IMG/VR virus record: IMGVR_UViG_3300025289_000025
Location: 1-64,000 of that record
Source of the DNA: a virus
DNA: 64,000 bases
Reading direction: 5' to 3' (one strand)
Shown here: piece after piece, positions 18,527-28,001 of the stretch
How the letters are laid out: every line of letters begins with the position of its first letter
Position numbering within the stretch: the stretch's first letter is position 1
The notes under the pieces: generated by a model
Databases searched by the model: none
What the model was told of the DNA's origin: nothing
What the model saw: the letters and a program-made list of their open reading frames with translations, nothing else
Made by a program: the position numbers and the translations under genes

Positions 18527-19291
18527 TTGAATCCTAATTTAAAGCCATGGCCTGATGACGTTCGTTTAGGTATTGCATGCCCACTTTCGTGGCCCTATGT
18601 CAATAGCCATACGCATATTTCTATGTTAGCCATGGATCGCCCTGACTTTGTTTTATTGGAAGCATCTAGGGGAGGGGATATAGCTGAGAAGAGAGAATCT
18701 CAAGCAGCAGAGGGTCTACGTTTAGGCTGTACCCATATTTTGCTTATGGATGCAGATATGGTCTACCCCCAATCTACGATCAACGATTTATTTCAAGTTC
18801 TTCGGGATCATAGCGCTGATATGGTGGGGGGACTTTGTTATCGGGGATATGAGCCATATGATCCTTTGATATGGGGATTGGAAAAAGAGGATTTACTTAA
18901 ACCCTTTGAGGATTATAAATTCGGAGATATAGTAAACGCAGGGGCCACGGGTGCTGCTTGTCTTTTGATCAAGCGGGAGGTCTTTGAAAAACTGGAACGA
19001 CCATGGTTTCGAATCCAGACGGAAGAGAAAACGGCGGATGGAAAGATAGTGGTGATTAGAAGGGGGGAAGACACTTATTTTACTAGAAATGCAACGGCGG
19101 CGGGATTCAAACTTTTGGTTAACACCGCTTATGATATTGGCCATCTTCGGGAGTTTGCAATAGATAGGCATTTTTGGATTACTTTTGGAATACTCAATGC
19201 CATGGGAAGTTGGAAAGCTGCTTTTAATCTTTTTAAGAGACTGAAAGATAAGGAGTGGGTCGAACGGGAATTAGGAGAAGTGGATAAATAA
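18527..19291 (+). CDS. GT2-like (GT-A) glycosyltransferase inside the tail operon
   Basis: THILLMDADMVYP (DxD), GAACLLIKREVFEKL, GEDTYF, IGH. Confidence 0.85.
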   Translation: MNPNLKPWPDDVRLGIACPLSWPYVNSHTHISMLAMDRPDFVLLEASRGGDIAEKRESQAAEGLRLGCTHILLMDADMVYPQSTINDLFQVLRDHSADMVGGLCYRGYEPYDPLIWGLEKEDLLKPFEDYKFGDIVNAGATGAACLLIKREVFEKLERPWFRIQTEEKTADGKIVVIRRGEDTYFTRNATAAGFKLLVNTAYDIGHLREFAIDRHFWITFGILNAMGSWKAAFNLFKRLKDKEWVERELGEVDK

Positions 19292-19316
19292 CCAGTAGTA
19301 AGAAAGGAGAATTGCT

Positions 19317-19730
19317 ATGGGCGATGTATTAATGGGGCGGTATGCTTCCATTAAAAAGGGAAGCGTGTTGGTAGAGAATTTGGGTAAATGGACCATGGAT
19401 ATCAAGATGGACGAGATCGACACATCTGTCTTCGGGTCCGTTTGGGGAAAGAAAATTCCAGGGATGCAGGCTTGGACGGCTTCCATCGAGGGTTTCTATG
19501 ACCCTGCCGATACGACTGGCCAGAAGGCTCTGCATGATGCGGCGTTGGCGGCTACCAAGCTGACCGACATTCGGCTTTATATCGACTCGACCAGTTATTG
19601 GACCCCGGACGTTACGGGGGAGACTGGCGCCGGGGCTTACATCTCCTCTATCAACGTGGTTCATGATAAGGCGGGGGTGGCCTCTATCACTATGAACGTG
19701 ATTGGGTATGGCAAGATTGCCTTGGTTTAA
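19317..19730 (+). CDS. Major tail tube protein
   Basis: WTMDIKMDEIDTSVFG..W...IPG...WTASIEGFYD; high-expression codon bias; precedes the chaperone. Confidence 0.85.
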   Translation: MGDVLMGRYASIKKGSVLVENLGKWTMDIKMDEIDTSVFGSVWGKKIPGMQAWTASIEGFYDPADTTGQKALHDAALAATKLTDIRLYIDSTSYWTPDVTGETGAGAYISSINVVHDKAGVASITMNVIGYGKIALV

Positions 19731-19758
19731 CGGAGAATAAAAATAGGGGGGTGTTCCA

Positions 19759-20166
19759 ATGGCTTTAAAGCTGAAGCGTTTTCAAGAAGGAAAATGGTTT
19801 GATTATCCGGGAGCGGAGGGGGTCCGATTTCTGATTCGACCCCTTCCGCTTTCGGAAGGTTTGGCAATTCGTTCTAGAATTCGGGAACGGGTTCCCACAG
19901 AAATTGATTTGCAGCAAGGGAAAAACAAGGGGAAAATTACTACTCTCTTGGAAGATATAGATACGGGGAAGTACACATGGGAGATTTTCAATTTCATTCT
20001 TCAAGATATTGAGGGGATTGATTTAGAAGACGCCCCTAGTGCCTCCTTGGACGAAAAGAAGAAGGCCATCTTTGATGATATAGCCCTTCGAGAGTTTATT
20101 TCAGAACAGTCAGAGTTAGTTCGTCAAGATGGTGAACGAAAACTGGATTCAGAAATAAAAAACTGA
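19759..20166 (+). CDS. Tail assembly chaperone (gpG-like)
   Basis: Lies between tube and tape measure; ends in slippery A AAA AAC TGA. Confidence 0.8.
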   Translation: MALKLKRFQEGKWFDYPGAEGVRFLIRPLPLSEGLAIRSRIRERVPTEIDLQQGKNKGKITTLLEDIDTGKYTWEIFNFILQDIEGIDLEDAPSASLDEKKKAIFDDIALREFISEQSELVRQDGERKLDSEIKN

Positions 20167-20516
20167 CCCTGCTCGCTGAATGGATTAAAGGAAAGCGGGA
20201 GACTAAATTCTATTGCGATGTTTGTATAGCGCATTATGAATTTAGAAGTGAGCGGGCAGGTAAGGAAATTTCTCCCCCGTGTTTAGAGTGTTTTCCGGGG
20301 GTGGACCCTGAGAATTCTGAGGCATGGGAAGTATTTCAACTAGCAAGTTCTGATCCTTGGGGGATAGGTCCAACGGGGGTGATAGAAGTTTGTAGGGTTT
20401 TAGAAGTGGGGGATATTCAAGAGTGTTTGTTTAAGGTTCTTAGGATGGCTTCAGTTTTAGTAGCCGAATCCTCCACCAAAACCCCCTCCTCTAAGGAGGA
20501 ACCCAGAGTTGGCTGA
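20157..20516 (+). CDS. -1 frameshift extension of the tail chaperone (gpGT)
   Basis: AAAAAAC at 20157-20163; the -1 frame is open (KLTLLAEWIK...CDVC...CLEC...VDPENSEAWEVF) through to 20516. Confidence 0.8.
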   Translation, partial: KKLTLLAEWIKGKRETKFYCDVCIAHYEFRSERAGKEISPPCLECFPGVDPENSEAWEVFQLASSDPWGIGPTGVIEVCRVLEVGDIQECLFKVLRMASVLVAESSTKTPSSKEEPRVG

Positions 20517-23500
20517 CAAAGATCTAACTTATAGGTTAGTAATTAAAGATGATGGAACTCCCACTCTTAGAAGAGTAGCTGCCGAGGCAGAGAGTACGGG
20601 GGCTGCAGTTACTTCTGCCCAAGCTAAAGAAGTAGCCAACAGACTTCGTGAAGAATCCCGTTTAGTAGAAGATCAAATTACAAATGCCCGAAAAGTAGAA
20701 AAAGTTGCCAAAGAAGCAGCCGATACTCAATCCCAAAATTTAAAGTCTGCTCAAAGTGAATTAAGAACGGCTAATGCTCAAGCATTATCCGATGAAAAAG
20801 TAGCTGTCAAATTAAAAGAAACTGCAGAAAAGGCTGTTGGGGACGAAATTAAGAAAACGACTATGGCGCAATCCCAAGCAGCTAGTGAGGTAGCAAAAAA
20901 TTCTAGGGAAATAGCCAACGTCGCCGCAACTAGAGTAAATTTAGAAAAACGATTATCTGCCTCTGTTCAAGAAGAGTTAAAAAGTGCTAAAAATGTTCGA
21001 TCCTCCCATCAAGAAAAATATAGGGATTTAAAGAAAGAAGAGGCCGCAGCTAGAGATGCCTCTGCTACTATAGTTGCTGGGGACAGAGCTGTTGAGAAAG
21101 CAAAAAAGGACGCATCTAAAGCATCTAAAGATGCAGCTAAATATACCAAACAACACGTAGAAGAAGTATCTAAATTACAGAGGACAATGGAACGCATTCA
21201 ACGCACTATTGCTGCTTTCGTAGGTGTTTGGGTTTTTCAGAAGATTGCTAGTGGCTTTTCTCAAATGATAGATATGGGAATAGAATATAATGCTACTTTA
21301 GAACAATCTAAATTGGGAATGTCGGCTATCTTCACTGCTCAGGGGCAGTTTGTAGATTCTAGTGGAAAGGCTTTAACGGGGACCGAGGCATTGAATGCTG
21401 CAATGGAAATGTCCTCTGATATAACTAAAAAATTACAATTAGATAATCTTCAAACTGCAGCTACATACCAACAATTGGTTAAGGCATACCAACAAACAGT
21501 GGCCCCTGGTTTAGCTGTGGGATTTGGCCCCAACCAAATTAGGCAGTATACATTAGCTATGGTTCAAGCTGCTAGTGCTATGGGTTTGAATTTAGATATG
21601 TTGGCTGAAGAAACTAGGTCTATGTTGAGGGGGACAATTACTCCTAGAAATACTTTAATTGCTACTGCTTTGGGCCTTAGAAATGAAGATATTCGTAAAT
21701 ATAAAAATGATGCCGAAGGATTATATGCATTTATTATGGGTAGACTTAGTGCATTTGGAGTAGCAGGGGATCTTGCTCAAAAAACTTGGATGGGCGTTAC
21801 ATCTAACGTTAAAGATGCTATTAGTATGGTTTTGGGGGAATCTTTTAGACCAATGTTTGAATATTTAAAGGCAGAAATGATTAATATTCAAAATAATTTG
21901 GTTAAGCAGACAGAAGGGGGCCTAAAAGTAGATGAAAGTGTTGTAGCAAGTTTTAGAGAAGTTAATGATTTATTGGTAAATATATTAAAACTGTCCAAAG
22001 AAATTGTTCTTGCTTTTACTCCACTACAATCTGCTTTAACCCCCGTAGCTGATATTATTAATTTTGCGATGGAAAAAATGACTAAAATGATAAATATTTA
22101 TTATGAATATAAAAAGATAACTGATGATTTATTGTCTAGAATAGGCAGTAAAATTAAATCTGGTTTCGTTGAAAAAGGAGTTCCTAAAGAACTTGGTGGG
22201 TCTATTGATATGCCTTTTGGAGACGTAAGCTATAATTTAAAATATATAGCTAATAAAACTGGTCCTGGTAGAGAAGAAGCAGAAATAGAGGAAAAAATAG
22301 CCAAGATTAATCTTCAAATTGCTACACAAAATAAGGAATATGAAAAACAAATATATTTGGTAGATTCTCTCACCCAAGCAGAAATCGTAAAGGCATCTGC
22401 AGAGGGAAAGTCTAGTGTAGAATTGGAAAATGCTCTTAAACGTCAAGGAGAGCAAAGAAAAAAGCATATATTAATTCAACAAGATATGGAAAAGTTGGGT
22501 TGGGTGGGGGAAATATTGAGTGCCGAAGCAGCTATAGCGGGGATGAGTGGGAATCTTAAAACTCAACTTCAATTGGAAAGAGAATCCCTGGATATTACCA
22601 TATTGAAAAATAGGGTTGGATTAGGGGCCAGAGATGATACACAAATAGAAGCGGAAAATTATGCCAGGATGAAATTTAATCTTGAAGCTATGCAAAAATT
22701 AAATGTAGATCGTCTTGCTAAGGAATCTGCGATTATTTCTGCCCAATCTTCCATAGCAGATTTAACTGATAATTATGAACAGCAGGCATACTTGATACAA
22801 GAAGCATATCTTATTAAAGCAGAGGAATTAAAGGTAACGGGTAAGTTAAACACAGCAGAGGAAAAAAGGGTTGATTTATTAAATAGTATTTTCACTAGAT
22901 ATAAAGCTGAGGACGTAATAGCTACGGGATTGTTAAAGCATAAGCAGGATGCTTTGGAATTAGAATCCCGTTTGGCTGTAGCTGTTGGTGATACTGCCGC
23001 TGGATTGGAGTTGAAGATTAAAAAGGCGGAATTGATTACTAAGGAATACCAAAGAATATTGGATAGGGCTATGGAAGATAAGGAAGGAAATGCAATTAAG
23101 ATTCTTCAATTAGAGGAAATATTGAGTATCCTTGGTAAGGTAAACGAAGCGGAAGCAAAGAGAAGGGCATTAGAATTAGGATTTACTCAAAAGAAGGAAA
23201 CATTTACTTTTCAATCTAATATAGCAGAACTGACCGGAGATTGGAATGCATCTAAAGTGATTGAGGGGGAGTTGCTAAAATTAGAAAAGGATAGGGCTAT
23301 AGCGATTGGAGGACTTTCTGACGAAGGCAAAAAGTATGCAGAACAAGCTTACCAAGGGAAGATGGCGGAGATAGAAGCTCAACGAACACTCAATACGGCA
23401 AAATTGGAAGAAATAGGAATGACCAAATATGCTTCTAAATTGCATCAAGATTTAGCAGATCAATATACCAATTTGATTCCCAGTGCTATAGATACTACCA

Positions 23501-24090
23501 TAGGAGCTTTTGGTAACTTTATAGATAATATTGGGGAGGGAACCAAATCCCTTGGAGATGCCTTCCGTGCATTCTTTGATGATTTGAGAAAGAGTTTCCT
23601 TCGGCTTTGGATTGATATAGCAATGACAGCTTTGAAGATGCAAATAATGAAATCTATGGGATTTGGGGCAGGGCTAGGCATGAATTTAGTCGCCGCTGCT
23701 GTAGGGGGTGCTGCGGGAGGTGCCGGTTCTGCTACGGCATCTTGGGGGGGTAGCTACACTCTTGCTGGGGCTAGCGCGGGGGCTGGGGGGGTATATACAT
23801 TCCCTCGGGCGGGGGGAGGCCCTGTTTCTGCTGGAGGAGCTTATTGGGTAGGGGAGAGAGGCCCAGAGGTATTTAGACCTAGCGCATCTGGAAGCATCTC
23901 ACCAAATACGGGATCGGGCGGTCCTTCAAAGGTAACAGTTCAGATTATAAATGAAAGTGGGGGGGATAAATTGGAAGCTACTAAATCTGATATTCAATTT
24001 AAGCCTGATGAGTATATTATTTCTGTGGTATTGGACGCCGCTCAAAGGAATAAAATGGGCATGAGGGATGCCTTTGGTGGGGGTAGGTAA
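20509..24090 (+). CDS. Tape measure protein
   Basis: 1193 aa, Ala/Lys/Glu-rich helical; C-terminal RAGGGPV...VGERGPEVF. Confidence 0.92.
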   Translation: MADKDLTYRLVIKDDGTPTLRRVAAEAESTGAAVTSAQAKEVANRLREESRLVEDQITNARKVEKVAKEAADTQSQNLKSAQSELRTANAQALSDEKVAVKLKETAEKAVGDEIKKTTMAQSQAASEVAKNSREIANVAATRVNLEKRLSASVQEELKSAKNVRSSHQEKYRDLKKEEAAARDASATIVAGDRAVEKAKKDASKASKDAAKYTKQHVEEVSKLQRTMERIQRTIAAFVGVWVFQKIASGFSQMIDMGIEYNATLEQSKLGMSAIFTAQGQFVDSSGKALTGTEALNAAMEMSSDITKKLQLDNLQTAATYQQLVKAYQQTVAPGLAVGFGPNQIRQYTLAMVQAASAMGLNLDMLAEETRSMLRGTITPRNTLIATALGLRNEDIRKYKNDAEGLYAFIMGRLSAFGVAGDLAQKTWMGVTSNVKDAISMVLGESFRPMFEYLKAEMINIQNNLVKQTEGGLKVDESVVASFREVNDLLVNILKLSKEIVLAFTPLQSALTPVADIINFAMEKMTKMINIYYEYKKITDDLLSRIGSKIKSGFVEKGVPKELGGSIDMPFGDVSYNLKYIANKTGPGREEAEIEEKIAKINLQIATQNKEYEKQIYLVDSLTQAEIVKASAEGKSSVELENALKRQGEQRKKHILIQQDMEKLGWVGEILSAEAAIAGMSGNLKTQLQLERESLDITILKNRVGLGARDDTQIEAENYARMKFNLEAMQKLNVDRLAKESAIISAQSSIADLTDNYEQQAYLIQEAYLIKAEELKVTGKLNTAEEKRVDLLNSIFTRYKAEDVIATGLLKHKQDALELESRLAVAVGDTAAGLELKIKKAELITKEYQRILDRAMEDKEGNAIKILQLEEILSILGKVNEAEAKRRALELGFTQKKETFTFQSNIAELTGDWNASKVIEGELLKLEKDRAIAIGGLSDEGKKYAEQAYQGKMAEIEAQRTLNTAKLEEIGMTKYASKLHQDLADQYTNLIPSAIDTTIGAFGNFIDNIGEGTKSLGDAFRAFFDDLRKSFLRLWIDIAMTALKMQIMKSMGFGAGLGMNLVAAAVGGAAGGAGSATASWGGSYTLAGASAGAGGVYTFPRAGGGPVSAGGAYWVGERGPEVFRPSASGSISPNTGSGGPSKVTVQIINESGGDKLEATKSDIQFKPDEYIISVVLDAAQRNKMGMRDAFGGGR

Positions 24091-24437
24091 TGGCAACTTG
24101 GCCAGATATTGGTCTTCCTTCTAAGATCGAAGAAGAATTATACAAACCCCAAGTTGAAACAGAGTTTGAAGCAAATTATTCCGCTGCTCGTGCCATTAGT
24201 TCTAGGGCCATACGCCGTTGGGGATTAAATTGGAAATCTATGTCTCAAACAGATTTAGATGCTCTGCAGGCTTTTTTCATAGCAAATATAGGGCTTTCTT
24301 TCGTTTGGACGAATCCAAGAAATTCCATCAATTATAATAATTGCAGATTTATTGGAAATAGTATTAAAGCTAGTAGCATAGGAATTAGTGGGGGAATTTA
24401 CTATTGGGAAGTATCTTGTATTATCATGGAGTTATAA
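24090..24437 (+). CDS. Distal tail protein (lambda gpM-like)
   Basis: TEFE..Y, RRWGLNW, FF....G.SFVWTNP; follows tape measure. Confidence 0.75.
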   Translation: MATWPDIGLPSKIEEELYKPQVETEFEANYSAARAISSRAIRRWGLNWKSMSQTDLDALQAFFIANIGLSFVWTNPRNSINYNNCRFIGNSIKASSIGISGGIYYWEVSCIIMEL

Positions 24438-25424
24438 TTGGCTCTTACTATCTCATCGGTAGCATTAGAGGAGAAGAATAAACTTTCTTCTGATGGTGTT
24501 TGGTATTTAGCTTTAAAAATTACTATCCCAGGTTTAGTTGATCCTATTCGATTAATTCGTAACAATGAAAATATAGAATGGCCTACTGGAAGTGGTATTA
24601 ATTGGATAGCCTTCCCTTTTGAATTGGATGAAATAGGAGAGGAAAGCAAGGGAGAAGTTCCCCAAGTTGAATTAAAAGTTTCAAATATATCTAGAGTGAT
24701 GGAACAATATTTACAAGATTATGATGCTTATATTAAACGTTATGGTTTTTCCCCCGTAGAAGTAAATATTTACGTTATCAATTCCAAAAATTTGGCTAGT
24801 GCGACCCCAGAAGTAGAATATTTGTTTGAATTAAAACAGCCCAAGACAAACTATCGGTGGGCAACGTTTGTTCTTGGTGCTTCTAATCCATTTAATAAAA
24901 GATTTCCCCAAAATAGAATATTGAAAAATCATTGTAGATTTAAGTTCAATACCCCAACGGGGTTGACACTATCTGGAAATCCTTATGTAGCAACCACTAT
25001 CGCCATGACTGTGCCAAATAATGGAGTTTTAGTAGACTCAACTGGTGGATTCCTCGTAGCCGGTTTTACTTCCGGTCAATGGGTGTTCATATCTGGTTTT
25101 TCAAATCCGTATAATAATTTATGGTTCAAGATACTTACTATTGATGCTAGTAATATGGAGTTGGGCCAACCAGGAGGCGTAGATTCTCTTAGGCCTGTAT
25201 CGGCTGTTGCGGAATCTGCCGGACCGACGATAAGCGTGCAGGGATACTCTGGTTCGCTTTCAAACGAAACAGTTAACCAATTATGTTATTACCAAGGTGG
25301 TACGAACGAATATCCATATATGACTTGTAATAAAACACTATCAGATTGTAGGTTGCGAAATAATTCTAGTAGATTTGGTGGATTTCCTGGAGTCGGATTA
25401 GGAGGAATTAGGCTTGGAATATAA
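24438..25424 (+). CDS. Minor tail protein L-like with inserted beta domain
   Basis: WIAFPFELD, NHCRFKF...CYY...CNKTLSDC..R.N..RFGGFPG cysteine pattern. Confidence 0.8.
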   Translation: MALTISSVALEEKNKLSSDGVWYLALKITIPGLVDPIRLIRNNENIEWPTGSGINWIAFPFELDEIGEESKGEVPQVELKVSNISRVMEQYLQDYDAYIKRYGFSPVEVNIYVINSKNLASATPEVEYLFELKQPKTNYRWATFVLGASNPFNKRFPQNRILKNHCRFKFNTPTGLTLSGNPYVATTIAMTVPNNGVLVDSTGGFLVAGFTSGQWVFISGFSNPYNNLWFKILTIDASNMELGQPGGVDSLRPVSAVAESAGPTISVQGYSGSLSNETVNQLCYYQGGTNEYPYMTCNKTLSDCRLRNNSSRFGGFPGVGLGGIRLGI

Positions 25425-25833
25425 TATGGTAGAACTATCAAAATTTAGAGATCTGGTAGGAATTCCTTTTGTAGATGGAGGCAGAGATCCCAAGATAGGG
25501 TTGGATTGCTGGGGGCTTTGTATGGCAGTTCATCGTAAGTTGGGAAGAGAGTTTCCGGATTTTCCTATAGCTTGTAATGCTAGTCTTGCTATAGCTTCTA
25601 CAGTATCTGACGAGATAAAATCTAGATGGAAACCAGTGAAATACCCGTCTCAGGGAGATTTGATAGGATTTTCCCTAGATCCAGAACTTCCCGAGGGAGT
25701 GCAGCATTTGGGGGTATATCTTGGAAATGGGGTAGTAATTCATACCCTTCGCAAAAGAAATTCCCATTTGATTAGGCTATCTGATTCTTTTTACGCTAAG
25801 AAAATCAGGGGGTTTTACTCTTGGATAAGTTGA
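25414..25833 (+). CDS. NlpC/P60 tail-associated protein (gpK-like)
   Basis: GIPFVDGGRD..GLDCWGL, HLGVYLG, IH. Confidence 0.88.
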   Translation: MEYNMVELSKFRDLVGIPFVDGGRDPKIGLDCWGLCMAVHRKLGREFPDFPIACNASLAIASTVSDEIKSRWKPVKYPSQGDLIGFSLDPELPEGVQHLGVYLGNGVVIHTLRKRNSHLIRLSDSFYAKKIRGFYSWIS

Positions 25834-27965
25834 CTTTAACATTTGTAAAGAATCCTTTTGACCCCCTAAACTCTCGTGAGATTATGTTGATAGAAGAGGG
25901 ACTTTCCATTCGGGAAATGGTAAAAGAGTATTATCCAGTAATTTATGAGGGATATGATATAGCTGTATCTTTGGACGGTAATATAATTTCCGATGAAAAT
26001 AAATTGGATTTAATTCCAAAGGTGGGAACTTCTGTAGCTATATGTGCTGTTCCTAGGGGGGGTGATGGGAAGAATCCATTAGCTATTGTGGCTATGATTG
26101 CTTTAATGGTAGTAGCAATAGTTACGGTGCAACCGGAGTTAGCTGGATATGCCACATCTTTGGGTATGGTGGGAGCAACAGCAGGTTCATTATCTACTGG
26201 TGGATTACTTATGGTAGGTATAGGTACCGCAGCTTTTATGACCGTAGGAGGAATGCTAATAAACTCAGTTTTCCCCGCTTCTATGCCAGATTTGTCAATG
26301 GGTGATATTAATTCTTCCGCAACATATAGTTGGATTCCTGGGGCTAATGCTTTATATGAGGGAGGTGCACTCCCTGAAATGTTTGGGACTCATAGAGTTG
26401 TCCCCCCACTTATTTCTCATTTTATTGAAATTGTTGGAAATAAACAATATTTAAATTTATTATTCGCCGTAGCAGGTCATCAGGTAGATAGTATTTCTGA
26501 TGTTCGAATAAATGAAATAGACTCTAATAATTTCGTGGGAATTTTAATAGAAACTAGATTAGGAACGATTTTTCAAGGCGTTATCCCTTTTTTCGGGGAT
26601 TCTCGTTATGATCACTCTGTAAGCGTAAGGTTACAAGACCCCGTTACAATTAATATTACTGGTTGTTCTGGTGATGGAAATACCATGACTATTACAGCTG
26701 CGAATCATGGATTTTTTAATGGACAATTTGTCGATATAGTTGACGTTGGAGGAATTGATAATATTAATAATTTTACTTTTCAAATTAGTAATGTAACTAA
26801 TGATACTTTTGATATATTTTGGGAAGATAATGGTTATCTATCAATGACCGGTTCTTATTCTGGTGGCGGAACGGCTACTAATGGCTGGATTGTTCGGACT
26901 ACTGATGGAAATGTGGTTGAAGGTTTGGGAGTAGGAATTGTTTTTCCTGCAGGATTATTTTATGCTAATGATGGGGGTGGATTATCTCCTCAAACAATTA
27001 GGTTATTTATAGAATACAGGGTAAGTGGTGCCGGCAATGCTTGGAATAGATTACAAACTGCAGAATATGCCACCACTGTAATTGATACTGGTGCAAGATG
27101 GTCTGCCGGACGTTGGGATACTGTAGAGGGCATGATAGGTCTTCAATGGTTTGAAATAGAGGCTGGATCAAATGTTATAACAGACCATTATGACGGAGAG
27201 CCGTATCCATTTGATGTATGGGCAGAATATGGGGAAGGAACGCATTTTATAGGAGAATGGCGGTGGATAATTTTCGGCAATTTTATAAATGTTGTTAGTT
27301 TAATCTATCAAAATTATGTGGAAATAACGGGGGGCCAAATAGAACCCCTACGAAAAATGTTTTTTAAGGATCTACTAGATGCAAATTCATATGATGTTAG
27401 GATGCGTCTAGCAGTCGCCTCTCCGTCTGGTTCTAGATATGGTAATGATATTATGTTCGAATCAATACAAGAGATAACATACGATGCTTTTAAATATCCA
27501 GGTACGGCTTTATTAGCAATTCGTGCTCTTGCTACTGATCAGCTTTCTGGCGGAATGCCTAAGATTGATTGTTTGGTGACTAGGAGCACTGTTCCTGTAT
27601 GGACTGGGGCGGCATATGTTTTGAAATCGGCCTCAAACCCTGCTTGGGTATCTTATCATTCGCTTCATAGGGCAATGCCGATAGAGGAGCCTCCTGTTGG
27701 AGCATGGGTCACCGTAAGCATGGTTGCCGGATTGGAGGGATCCAATAGTCTGCTCGACTCTGCTTCCCAGTTTCTTATTCGTTTGCCGAATTTGGTTGCC
27801 GGGCATTCCATCCAAGTGTCGGGTTTCACGAATTCAGTGAATAACGACACTTTCTTTGTGCTAAGCGTAAGCGCAGGGACCATCACGGTAGATTATCCTC
27901 CTTATGGAATAGTAGATGAGGCTGCGGGGAATGACATAACAATAATTGATTTGGGAGTTATTTAG
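25821..27965 (+). CDS. Tail tip protein, gpI-like plus N-terminal half of gpJ-like
   Basis: VPRGGDG followed by hydrophobic segment; LPEMFG.HRV.PP.I, YLNLL, YPGTALLAI, TDQLSG, SNPAW. Confidence 0.8.
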   Translation: MDKLTLTFVKNPFDPLNSREIMLIEEGLSIREMVKEYYPVIYEGYDIAVSLDGNIISDENKLDLIPKVGTSVAICAVPRGGDGKNPLAIVAMIALMVVAIVTVQPELAGYATSLGMVGATAGSLSTGGLLMVGIGTAAFMTVGGMLINSVFPASMPDLSMGDINSSATYSWIPGANALYEGGALPEMFGTHRVVPPLISHFIEIVGNKQYLNLLFAVAGHQVDSISDVRINEIDSNNFVGILIETRLGTIFQGVIPFFGDSRYDHSVSVRLQDPVTINITGCSGDGNTMTITAANHGFFNGQFVDIVDVGGIDNINNFTFQISNVTNDTFDIFWEDNGYLSMTGSYSGGGTATNGWIVRTTDGNVVEGLGVGIVFPAGLFYANDGGGLSPQTIRLFIEYRVSGAGNAWNRLQTAEYATTVIDTGARWSAGRWDTVEGMIGLQWFEIEAGSNVITDHYDGEPYPFDVWAEYGEGTHFIGEWRWIIFGNFINVVSLIYQNYVEITGGQIEPLRKMFFKDLLDANSYDVRMRLAVASPSGSRYGNDIMFESIQEITYDAFKYPGTALLAIRALATDQLSGGMPKIDCLVTRSTVPVWTGAAYVLKSASNPAWVSYHSLHRAMPIEEPPVGAWVTVSMVAGLEGSNSLLDSASQFLIRLPNLVAGHSIQVSGFTNSVNNDTFFVLSVSAGTITVDYPPYGIVDEAAGNDITIIDLGVI

Positions 27966-28001
27966 CATGACTATTAAAGATATAAGGCGGGTTTCATCAT
28001 A

